From positions 20,768 to 84,767 of the forward strand of contig JAJEFE010000077.1 in NCBI GenBank assembly GCA_022820625.1: 64,000 bases of DNA, in the 5' to 3' direction. Origin of the DNA: Gammaproteobacteria bacterium (GTDB lineage: Bacteria; Pseudomonadota; Gammaproteobacteria; Steroidobacterales; Rariloculaceae). The notes beneath the pieces are model-generated. The model was given only the letters and a program-made list of their open reading frames with translations, was not told where the DNA came from and did not search any database. Shown here piece by piece: positions 1 to 8,532 of the stretch (position 1 is the stretch's first letter; each line of letters starts with the position of its first letter). A program made the position numbers and the translations under genes.

Positions 1-170
1 CCGGGCCTGGGGCCACCGATAAGGCGCTATCAGGTTGATGCCGCACTTATCCTCCGCCCCGGAAGGATTAGCCTATGGACTGCATAAGAAAATGCTATTG
101 GGCGCTCCTCAACGCGCGCACTAAATTGGTTGTCCAATGCATTAACCGGGAAGTCGAAGAGGGACGCTTC

Positions 171-1091
171 ATGAATAGGTTGGTTCGAATCTCGCTCGTG
201 TCCGCGGTTGCACTTGTGCTTGTATCCGAGATCGCGCGGACTGAACCCTATGTCACTCTGGGACTCACGTTCGCAAGCGACGAAATAGGCGCCAGCACAA
301 GCGGTATCAACCATCCCACGCGCTGTGACCGCTTCTTGTATTCCGATCCGTCCATGGCGCCCGGTGGAGCGGAATGCCGGGATACAACGGTACGGGCATT
401 CCTGAGCGATACGTTTGATCTGGGCGCGGCGATCGCGGGCTCTGCGAGTTTCGGCTACGCCTGGGACAGGCTGAGGATTGAAGCGGAGTTTCTGAGCCGT
501 ACGCATGAGGGCGGCAGTGCGTTCCTGATCAGCGCTGTGGACAACCCCGCCTTGCAGGGCAAGGCCACGGAGTGGAGCCCGCACGATCCGCCCCACCATC
601 GGGTGTCAGATTTCAACTCAAGCCAGCTCTTCCTGAACGTGCTGTACGACTTCGGTATCGACTCCGCCTGGTCGCCCTATGTTGGAGTTGGCGCCGGTCT
701 TGCACGCGTTCGGTCGCACTACTTCGCGTCCTTTCTGCGCCGCACCCTGGCGGATGGCTATGTGGAGGCCGTGGGCGGCGATCCCGAACAGCCGGAAGAT
801 TGGCAGTTGGCGGCTGCGGGGACCTCCAGCGTGCTGGATACCCGGGTGAGCGACGATGTATTCGGCTATCAAGTTGTCGCTGGAGTGGAACGCGATCTGA
901 CCGACGGCACTTCACTGTTCCTGACCCTGCGTTGGAGTGACATCGACGACGTCAGCGACGAGGAGGTCTGGGATACGCTCCGCAGCCATGAACCCGTCCA
1001 TGCGGATGGCGTGATGCCCTTCATTGGCTACCAGGATCTCCGAGACATTGGCGGAGCATCCCTGACAGTGGGACTCAGATACGAATTCTAG
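171..1091 (+). CDS. outer-membrane beta-barrel protein (OmpA-like barrel / porin-like)
   Basis: Track ORF 75..1091. The internal ATG at 171 gives a signal peptide, MNRLVRISLVSAVALVLVSEIA. The sequence is Gly/aromatic-rich with alternating strands and ends ...GLRYEF, the aromatic C-terminus typical of OMPs. Confidence 0.6.
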   Translation: MNRLVRISLVSAVALVLVSEIARTEPYVTLGLTFASDEIGASTSGINHPTRCDRFLYSDPSMAPGGAECRDTTVRAFLSDTFDLGAAIAGSASFGYAWDRLRIEAEFLSRTHEGGSAFLISAVDNPALQGKATEWSPHDPPHHRVSDFNSSQLFLNVLYDFGIDSAWSPYVGVGAGLARVRSHYFASFLRRTLADGYVEAVGGDPEQPEDWQLAAAGTSSVLDTRVSDDVFGYQVVAGVERDLTDGTSLFLTLRWSDIDDVSDEEVWDTLRSHEPVHADGVMPFIGYQDLRDIGGASLTVGLRYEF

Positions 1092-3343
1092 CCCGCGGAC
1101 CAGGGACGAATTCGTCTGTCCCAGCCCTCGGCGTCTACGATCTCGCCAATGACGGCGGTATCCGGGTAGCCTCTCGCCTTCAATTCGCTCACACACCCCT
1201 GGACAAAGTCCCGCGGAACGCTCGCAAGCAGCCCGCCGGCGGTCTGGGGGTCGAATAACAGGGCAAACTCGCCGCGCTCGCGTAGCCTTGCGTCGGCTTC
1301 GACCTGCTCCGCGAAACGCTCGTTCTTTGGCTGAAGTGTTGAGAGAATGCCTGTCTCGACCGTGTCGATAGCCCCGGGGAGAACGGGGAGCGCGTCCAGA
1401 TCGATCAGAGCGCCGAGCGGTGCGTCGCCCAGCATCTCCAGCAGATGCCCGGCCAGTCCGAAACCTGTGATGTCGGTGCAGGCATGGGCGCCGTGCCTTC
1501 CGAGCACTTCGCCGGCGGTTCTGCACGAAAGGAGCATGGATTCGATGGCCGCCTGAAGCCACCGTCCCCGGGCCTCGCCCCGCATGTCGGCCGCGAGCAG
1601 CGTGCCGGTGCCCACCGGCTTGGTCAGCACCAGGAGGTCACCGTTCTGCAACGCCGACTTGCGAAGCGCCCGACCCGGTTCGATCAGGCCGGTGACCGTG
1701 AATCCCAGGTTCAGCTCCGCGCCTTCACCGGTGTGTCCTCCCACCAGCGAGACACCCTCCTGATCGAAGACGTACAAGGCTCCGAGCAGCATCTGCCTGA
1801 GCTCATCCACCAGTTTTTCCTCGGGCCACACCGGCAGCGTCGCCATGGTCATGGCCGCCTGGGGTTCCGCGCCCATGGCGTAAATATCGCCCAGGCAGTG
1901 ATTGGCGGTGATGCGCCCGAACAGCCAGGGGTCATCGATCATCGGCCGGAACCCATCCACCGAGAGCACCGAGAGCCTGTTCGCCGGAACGGAGATCATT
2001 GCCGCGTCGTCCGGCGCCTCCAGGCCGACGATCACGTCGTCTCTCGGAACAGTGTCGATATCCGCCAACGCGGCGGCCAGCACGTCGGCACTGACCTTCG
2101 CTCCGCAGCCTCCGCAGCGCATGTCGCCGTCAGCGGCATCTTCGATGGTGGGATCTTGAAGCGGTGCTGGAATCTGGGGGCTATTGTCCGTGGGCTCCAT
2201 TTCGGGGAGTACCTGGTATTTCTCCATGAAGCGAGAATCGATCCAGTCCTTCCATCGCCACACCCAGCGGCCCTCGGCGGACCAGGGACCACGCGAAGCC
2301 ACTGCGTAGCAATCCCCTGTGCTGACCAACTTCAGGAACCGCCGCTGGGGCCGATACTTGGTCAGGGGTCTGTTCAAAAGGTGTCGGCGCAGGTTTTCCG
2401 TCAGCGGCCGCCCCTGGCGAACCGCGAAAACGCCGGCCTTCGGGCGGGGGTTATTTGACATGGCCACCACGTCGCCGGCGCCGAACACATTGGCGTGGGA
2501 TTGCGACTGGAGGTGGTCGTTGACCAGCAAGAATCCCTGTTCGTCGACTTCGATTCCCGATTCTGCCAGCCATGGAGGGGCGCCGGCCTGGGTGACCCAG
2601 AGAATCTCGTGGAACCGAAATTCGCGCCCGGCAGCATCGACCAACATGTTCGGCGTGACCCGCGTCACCCGTGTGTCGACGTGCACCTCGATGCCCCGCT
2701 CGGCAAGAATCCTCCTGAACCGCCTCGCGACGTTTCGTGGATGCTCCAGAAGGATTCCACCGTCGGCGGTCAGGAGTTCCAGCGAGAGTCCCTCGGGCGG
2801 ATTCGACTGTGCTGTCAGCGAGTGATGAACCGCGAGACACAGTTCGACCCCGCCGGTGCCGCCGCCAACCACACCGATTCGGGCGCCGGCGCCATACTCG
2901 CCCAAGCGCTCGCGGAGGGTTTCCCAATGCCCCAGAAAGCGATTGATGGGCTTGACCGGTACCGCATGATCGCCGGCACCGTCGACCTCATGAATAGACG
3001 GCGTCGATCCGGTATTGATGGAAAGAACATCGTAGCTTACCGGCGGCCGGGTCATCAGAGACACCGTCCGCGCTTCCGGATCGATCCCGGTGACCTCATC
3101 GTGGAAAAAGCGCGCACCGGCAAACCGGGCCAGCGGTACCAGGTCGATGTGAGCCTGATCAAAGGAATAGTGACCGGCGATCAGTCCCGGCAGCATCCCG
3201 GAATAGGCTGTCTCGATGTCCCGGCTGATCAGCGTGAGCCGGACCCCTGGGATCGGCCGCATCCCGAAGGACTTCAGAACGGCAATGTGGCTGTGGCCGC
3301 CTCCCAGCAGAACCAGATCCCTGATGACTGGTACCGACTGCAT
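1088..3343 (-). CDS. selD: bifunctional FAD-dependent pyridine nucleotide-disulfide oxidoreductase / selenide, water dikinase (SelD fusion)
   Basis: 751-aa ORF. The N-terminal half has Rossmann motifs (LVLLGGGHSH, VVGGGTGGVE, FGAGD). The C-terminal half starts with the SelD signature MRCGGCGAKVS (Cys-type active site) and has a PurM-like body (GGHTGEG, TDITGFGLAGH). Confidence 0.9.
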   Translation of the reverse strand: MQSVPVIRDLVLLGGGHSHIAVLKSFGMRPIPGVRLTLISRDIETAYSGMLPGLIAGHYSFDQAHIDLVPLARFAGARFFHDEVTGIDPEARTVSLMTRPPVSYDVLSINTGSTPSIHEVDGAGDHAVPVKPINRFLGHWETLRERLGEYGAGARIGVVGGGTGGVELCLAVHHSLTAQSNPPEGLSLELLTADGGILLEHPRNVARRFRRILAERGIEVHVDTRVTRVTPNMLVDAAGREFRFHEILWVTQAGAPPWLAESGIEVDEQGFLLVNDHLQSQSHANVFGAGDVVAMSNNPRPKAGVFAVRQGRPLTENLRRHLLNRPLTKYRPQRRFLKLVSTGDCYAVASRGPWSAEGRWVWRWKDWIDSRFMEKYQVLPEMEPTDNSPQIPAPLQDPTIEDAADGDMRCGGCGAKVSADVLAAALADIDTVPRDDVIVGLEAPDDAAMISVPANRLSVLSVDGFRPMIDDPWLFGRITANHCLGDIYAMGAEPQAAMTMATLPVWPEEKLVDELRQMLLGALYVFDQEGVSLVGGHTGEGAELNLGFTVTGLIEPGRALRKSALQNGDLLVLTKPVGTGTLLAADMRGEARGRWLQAAIESMLLSCRTAGEVLGRHGAHACTDITGFGLAGHLLEMLGDAPLGALIDLDALPVLPGAIDTVETGILSTLQPKNERFAEQVEADARLRERGEFALLFDPQTAGGLLASVPRDFVQGCVSELKARGYPDTAVIGEIVDAEGWDRRIRPWSAG

Positions 3344-3462
3344 TGGTCAGGGCGCCTCATCCATAGTGAGGCGAATATACCGCTCTGGCCCGGATATCTC
3401 ACTGATATGCGGTGCCCTGAGTGAAACCTGGCCGATTTTGTTGAACGGCCGAAGCTGGTTGA

Positions 3463-4533
3463 TCAGCCCTCGTGGCGGATTTCCTCCGGCGCGCGTTGCC
3501 GGTCATTCGGCAGTACGTCGAAGTGCATCGTGAACTGGAAATCGTCCGGCGGATAGCAGATCTCGTCGTCGCACGTCTGGTAGCTGAGCACCACGTCCAC
3601 GGCGACCGACTCTTCCCGGTACGCCGGCGACAGCGACACTTCACGCGTCAGCCGAGCGGTTCCGTAATAGACCGGGACGCTCTCGTCGATGGGCTCGAGA
3701 TAGAGGATTTCGTGCTCGGGAAGCTCCAGGGCGCCTTGCAGAACGTGTTCGGTCTCGACGATGTTGAGGTCCGCGGCGACGTAGTCCGATCCCGGTGCGT
3801 AGAGGTGCATGCGTTCGGGCAGATCGATGTCCGCCACCACCAGGACCGTGTTGCCCGGTTGAATCTCATCCTGCGACGCGTAGGCGGTGAAGTCGAACTG
3901 CGGCATCTGCACTTCGATGCGGCGGCCGCCGCCGGCTCCGAACGTCTTCATGAGAACGGTCTGCGCGGTGGGCCGGATGCGGTGGCTGTCCTCGAACCAC
4001 TTGTCCGTCACGATACCGTCGGCATCGACGATGTAGGTGCCGGGAAACGCCATGCCATCGGTACGGCTGCCCGGCTCCGGGTTGGGGTTACGGATGCCGT
4101 AGGCTTCGATGATCTCGGAGTCCGGGTCGGCCAGCGTCGAGTATCGGAATCCGCCCATTCGATCTGCGAAACTCTTGAGGATTTCGACCGTGTCGTAGCT
4201 GATCGCAACCACCCCCACGCCGGCTGCCGTGTAATCGTCCAGAGAATCTTCCAACTGCACGAGTTGGGTCTTGCAGTAGGGTCACCAATCCGCCGATCGG
4301 TGGAACACCACCATGGCGCCGTTCGGGCCCATCACGTCGCCCAGACCGACCAGGTTGCCGTTCTGATCGTAGGCGGAGAAATCCGGAATGCGCTCGCCGA
4401 CTTCCGGGCCGCTGACCATGCCCCGACTGCCTGCCGGAATGTCGGTCAGGAAGTTCTGTGCAAATGCCGGAGCGATTGCCGTGGCTAAAATCATGACCAT
4501 GAGTGCGCCACGAGTGGTGAGGGAGTTGAACAT
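3463..4533 (-). CDS. candidate selenoprotein: periplasmic Prx-like/AhpC-TSA redoxin (W-U-P-Y-C) fused to a DsbD-alpha-like domain; in-frame TGA at 4282..4284
   Basis: Track ORFs 4282..4533 and 3463..4260 are in the same frame (4533-4260=273). They are separated only by TGA plus 7 sense codons. Read-through gives ...VVFHRSADW-[TGA]-PYCKTQLVQLED, the WCxxC redoxin motif with the first Cys replaced by TGA. There is an N-terminal signal peptide (MVMILATAIAPAFAQ). The C-terminal half carries SYQTCDDEICYPP (DsbD N-terminal-domain type). Confidence 0.75.
4251..4268 (-). promoter_or_regulatory. candidate bacterial SECIS hairpin downstream of TGA 4282..4284
   Basis: On the minus strand the sequence is UGA + 13 nt + CCAACU-CGUGC-AGUUGG: a 6-bp stem with a 5-nt loop containing GU. 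Confidence 0.4.
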
Positions 4534-4672
4534 GGTGTCACTTCCGCAAGGGTAGTCCGGGCAGTCTACGCGTCGGCGATAGGCTCGATCAAGGCAGCGT
4601 GCGAATTCACGGCCGGACGGCTTGACGGATTGGGCCTGCGGAGTGCGTCCGGGCTGTGCTTCGTGAGCGCCT

Positions 4673-7084
4673 TCAGACCGTATTCACCTGCAACGGCCCA
4701 TGGGACTGCGGCTGTCCGGCGGCGGCGTTGACCACCATGTCCGGGCTGACCGGCGCACGGTTGAAGTCGTAGCCGCCCAGGGCATCGGAGATCGCGCACA
4801 GCACCGCGGCGGACGCGCAGCCCTGGATTGGCTCGCCGACGCCCTTGGCGCCCACGGGGTTCTGCGGATCGGCAATATCCACGCCCGCCCACTGCATGGT
4901 GGAGGGCACATCCAGGTAGGACATGGGTTTGACCTGGTGGAAGCCGACGTTGGCCGGCAGGCCGTTCTGCGAATCGTAGACGTGGCGCTCGGTGCAGGCC
5001 ATGCCCAGGCCCATGACCGCGCCGCCCTTGACCTGGTTGGACAGGCCCTGGGGATGCAGCACCGTGCCGCAGTCGGCGACGCTCGCGTAGTCCAGGACCT
5101 CAAACCTGCCGGTCTCAAGATCGAGTTCGATCTCGATGAAGCCGCTGGCGATGGCCGGCACCACTCCTTCGTGGCGCAGGTTGTCCTTGGCGACCCCGAC
5201 CAGCCCCGTGCCCGCGAGCCCCGCCACAGCCATCCGCGTGACATCGTGGATGTCTTCCGGGGCCTCTTCGCCGGAGTAGCGCCCACCGAGTTCGATGGCG
5301 CGCTGCGCGGCGGCGGCGTAGGTCATCGACCTGGAAGGATCATCCGTGGCGAACACGGTTTCATCGCCGATATCGTAGTCCTCCGGCGCGCCGCCCAGGT
5401 CCATGGCGGCGATTTCCCTGAGTTTCTGCAGGGCATCCATGGCCGCCACGTAGTTGGTGCGCGTACAGGTGAAGGAGGTGTTGCTGCCGGTCTGGGTCGG
5501 CGCCCAGGGCAGATGCCGGCGACTGTCGCCCCGTTCGATGACGCAGTTGTCCCAGTCATACTTGAGTATCTCCGCCGCGACCCGGGAGGTGGCGGTGTGG
5601 GAGTACGTGCCGAGGTTGCCGCAGCCGGTGTGGATGTGCAGTACGCCGTCGGGCGTGATCCGCACCAGGCCGTCGTAGCTGTTGCGGCCGGCGGAGTGGT
5701 AGCACTGGCCGATCCCGATGCCGATGACCTTCGACCCGTTGCGCTGGCCGCTGCGAGCCTGTTTCTCCTCCCAGTTGAACAGTTCGGCGCCCATGACCAG
5801 CGTTTCGTCCTGGTAGGCGCTGGTGACGGGGCCCTGGCGGCCACCGATCCTGGCGTCATTTCCGGCCGAATTGATGCGCCGTATCGACAACTGGTCGATA
5901 CCCAGTTCTCGCGCGGCCTTGTCGAGGATCGGCTCGACGGCTTCGGCGATCTGGTTCTGCCCCGGGCCACGCTGGGGTCCCCGCGGCGGCGTGTTGGTCT
6001 GCACCGGAATGCCCCGGTAGCGCATCGCGAGCGGTTGGTAGAGGATGGAAACCGAGTCCGCGGCCGAATCGTTGTCGTTCCAGCCGGTGTGGGGGCCGTT
6101 CTCGTGCACGATGGACAGGTCCACGGCGAGAATGCGGCCATCCTCCCGCAGGCCCATACGAAGCCGGCCCTGGAAGCCGGCCCGAGCGATGCCGAGTCCG
6201 TATTCTTCGGCGCGGGTGATCCGCAGCATGACCGGACGGCCGGTCTGTTGGCTCAGCAGGGGGGGCACGGCCATGATCGGATACGGGCCGCCCTTGGAGC
6301 CGAATCCGCCGCCGCAGGTCTCCGCGACGTACACGAGGTCTTCCTGCTCCACGCCCAGTAACTGGCAGAGCCCGGGCACCATGGCCGTCTGGCTCTGCGA
6401 CGAGCCGTACAGGACGCACTTGCCGTTCTCCCAATACGCCATGCAGCTTCGCGGTTCCATGCAGTGGTGGGAGAGGCTGGCGGTGACGAAGCTTTCATCG
6501 ATCACCACGGCGGCCTCCTCGAAACCTCCGTCCACGTCCCCGTAGGCCCATTCGGTGATCGGCTGGCCCATGGGAAGCTGGCCCTCTTCGACGGCCGCGA
6601 AATCCCCGGCGGTCCACTTGACCGTCTGCACCGGGATGCTCCGGCCCGCCACGTTGCCGTCACTGCGGGCATTGGGCCCGCCGGGGTACAGGCTCTCCAG
6701 CGGATCGAAGGTGAAAGGCAGGGGTTCCAGGTCCAGTTCGATCAGGTCGATGGCGTCCTGGGCCGTGGTCTCGTCCACGGCGGCCACCGCGAGAATGGGT
6801 TCGCCCACGTAGCAGGGCTCGTTCGTGAGAATAGGCGTTGCCGGGGAACGGGGTGCTTGCGCGGCCGGGATGTCGTCGGCGGTCAGTACGGCATGTACGC
6901 CTTCCAGGGCCAGTGCGGCGGAGGCGTCGATGCTCCGCACCCGCGCGTGGGGCATGGGACTGGTCAGCAGCTTGCAGAACAGCATCCCCTCGGCGCGAAA
7001 ATCTTCCGCGTACTTGGCCTGCCCGGTGACCTTGCCGCGCACATCCGGCGGCACGAAATCCCTGCCAATCAGCGTGTAAGCCAT
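4673..7084 (-). CDS. xanthine dehydrogenase/aldehyde oxidase family molybdopterin-binding large subunit
   Basis: 803-aa ORF. N-terminus MAYTLIGRDFVPPDVRGKVTGQAKYAEDF... (a/b-hammerhead start). Its length and composition are typical of CoxL/XdhB-like subunits. No adjacent 2Fe-2S or FAD subunit genes. Confidence 0.85.
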   Translation of the reverse strand: MAYTLIGRDFVPPDVRGKVTGQAKYAEDFRAEGMLFCKLLTSPMPHARVRSIDASAALALEGVHAVLTADDIPAAQAPRSPATPILTNEPCYVGEPILAVAAVDETTAQDAIDLIELDLEPLPFTFDPLESLYPGGPNARSDGNVAGRSIPVQTVKWTAGDFAAVEEGQLPMGQPITEWAYGDVDGGFEEAAVVIDESFVTASLSHHCMEPRSCMAYWENGKCVLYGSSQSQTAMVPGLCQLLGVEQEDLVYVAETCGGGFGSKGGPYPIMAVPPLLSQQTGRPVMLRITRAEEYGLGIARAGFQGRLRMGLREDGRILAVDLSIVHENGPHTGWNDNDSAADSVSILYQPLAMRYRGIPVQTNTPPRGPQRGPGQNQIAEAVEPILDKAARELGIDQLSIRRINSAGNDARIGGRQGPVTSAYQDETLVMGAELFNWEEKQARSGQRNGSKVIGIGIGQCYHSAGRNSYDGLVRITPDGVLHIHTGCGNLGTYSHTATSRVAAEILKYDWDNCVIERGDSRRHLPWAPTQTGSNTSFTCTRTNYVAAMDALQKLREIAAMDLGGAPEDYDIGDETVFATDDPSRSMTYAAAAQRAIELGGRYSGEEAPEDIHDVTRMAVAGLAGTGLVGVAKDNLRHEGVVPAIASGFIEIELDLETGRFEVLDYASVADCGTVLHPQGLSNQVKGGAVMGLGMACTERHVYDSQNGLPANVGFHQVKPMSYLDVPSTMQWAGVDIADPQNPVGAKGVGEPIQGCASAAVLCAISDALGGYDFNRAPVSPDMVVNAAAGQPQSHGPLQVNTV

Positions 7085-7286
7085 GTCATTTTCCCCTTAT
7101 GAATCCGGCACAGGCGCAATGGGCCGCTTGCATGCCCCTTCAACCCCGAGATTAACACGAAAAAAGACGCACACTCATGGTGTTCCCGACCCGGTGGCGG
7201 TCCGTCCCACCCTGGTCCGGCCCTGGGTATACAATTCCGGTTGGCAGGAGTCACGATGCACGTTGATCGGTAACGCGGGAGTAGCC

Positions 7287-8495
7287 ATGTCACGGAAGTT
7301 GGAAGAGCGAGGTCATGTAGTGGAAGAACGCCGGCAAGGCGCAGCAACGCGTCGGCGGGACGTTCTCACGGGTGGCGTGGCACTTGGCGGGCTGGCCGCC
7401 ACCGCCGGCATGCCGTTCTGGTCGAAACTCGCCCTGGCCCAGGGGGAGGAAATCGTCCCGTTCACCGATGTCCCTGATACGTTCGCGGCGCCCCCCGTCG
7501 TACCCGGCGGAATCCACTTCCAGGACACGCGCTTCATCGACTCCTTCTACACGCCGGTGGGCGACTTCTACATCGTCCAGCACTACAACCAACCGGAAAT
7601 CGATGCGGAGAGTTATCGGTTACGGATCACGGGCCTTGTGGACCGCCCCATGGAACTCACCCTGGCGGATTTGCAGTCCCGGCCGAAGGTCGAAATCGAT
7701 GCCGGATTCGAGTGCGGGGGCAATCGTGCCGCGATCTTTCACGGCCTGATCGGCAATGCACGCTGGGGCGGCATCAGCCTGCGCGAACTGGTGCTTGAGG
7801 CGGGCATTCAGGACTCGGGTCTTGAGGTGGTCTTCTACGGCGCCGATGCGGGTACCGAAAGCATTCGCGAGCAGAGAGTCGAGCAGAACTTCGGCCGCAG
7901 CATGCACCGCGACGATGCGCTTCTCCCGGAGATGACGCTGGCCTGGGAAATGAACGGCGAGCCGCTGAACCTCTACCACGGAGCGCCGGTGCGGCTGATC
8001 GCTCCAGGCTGGTACGGCATATCGAACGTGAAATGGCTCACCCAGATCCACGTACAGGACCGGCGGTACATGGGCCGCTTCATGGCGCGGGACTACGTGA
8101 CACTGGCCCGCCGCGACATCGGCGGCGTGGAACGCTGGGAGGAACGCTCCGTGACCCGGATGCGGCTAAAGTCGTCCATCGTGCGCGTCACTCGCAATGC
8201 AGACGGCCACGAAATCATGGGTTTCGTGCTCAACGACGGCACACCGCTGAGTTCCGTGGAGATCCGCATTGACGATGGCGCCTGGCAGCACGCGGCCATC
8301 GACCCGGAATCCACCCAATACTCCTGGAAGCTGTTCCGCTACGCCTGGCAGGACGCCCAACCGGGCGAACATACGATCGTCTCGCGGGTCACAGACGCGA
8401 ACGGCCAGGTCCAGGCCACCGCCGACCAAATGCCCGAAAAGCCCACCCGCTGGGAGAATTACGCGCAGTTTCCCCGAACGGTGATGATCGGCTGA
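7287..8495 (+). CDS. sulfite-oxidase-family molybdopterin oxidoreductase (SorA-like), Tat-exported
   Basis: Track ORF 7083..8495. ATG at 7287 is preceded by GGGAG. Twin-arginine leader ATRRRDVLTGGVALGGLAATAG. Mo-ligand motif FECGGNRAA. C-terminal Ig-like dimerisation-type region. Confidence 0.85.
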   Translation: MSRKLEERGHVVEERRQGAATRRRDVLTGGVALGGLAATAGMPFWSKLALAQGEEIVPFTDVPDTFAAPPVVPGGIHFQDTRFIDSFYTPVGDFYIVQHYNQPEIDAESYRLRITGLVDRPMELTLADLQSRPKVEIDAGFECGGNRAAIFHGLIGNARWGGISLRELVLEAGIQDSGLEVVFYGADAGTESIREQRVEQNFGRSMHRDDALLPEMTLAWEMNGEPLNLYHGAPVRLIAPGWYGISNVKWLTQIHVQDRRYMGRFMARDYVTLARRDIGGVERWEERSVTRMRLKSSIVRVTRNADGHEIMGFVLNDGTPLSSVEIRIDDGAWQHAAIDPESTQYSWKLFRYAWQDAQPGEHTIVSRVTDANGQVQATADQMPEKPTRWENYAQFPRTVMIG

Positions 8496-8532
8496 AACGT
8501 ACGCCAGTGCCGTCCGGTATTACTGGACTCGC

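Noticed and set aside
3463-4533. Alternative reading of both TGA-split genes (here and 58396..58941) as simple nonsense-mutation pseudogenes.
   Set aside because: Not adopted as the primary call. In both cases the TGA falls exactly on a redox-active Cys codon position, a hairpin follows at SECIS-like spacing, both halves remain open and conserved-looking, and selD is present. The pseudogene reading remains the null hypothesis until selA/selB/selC are found.
4700-6361. Long ORFs antisense to or overlapping the genes called above. Examples: 4700..6361, 8459..9829, 8536..9717, 14759..15922, 20368..21576, 21480..22853, 29691..31118, 32784..33983, 36941..38266, 40399..42906, 44645..46165, 46665..48152, 47248..48642, 51718..52851, 52848..53945, 55003..56127, 56458..57765, 59083..60795.
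   Set aside because: Their translations are Arg/Gly/Pro/His-rich low-complexity strings with no recognisable motifs. The opposite-strand or other-frame ORF in each case has clear family signatures. Such shadow ORFs are expected in GC-rich DNA.
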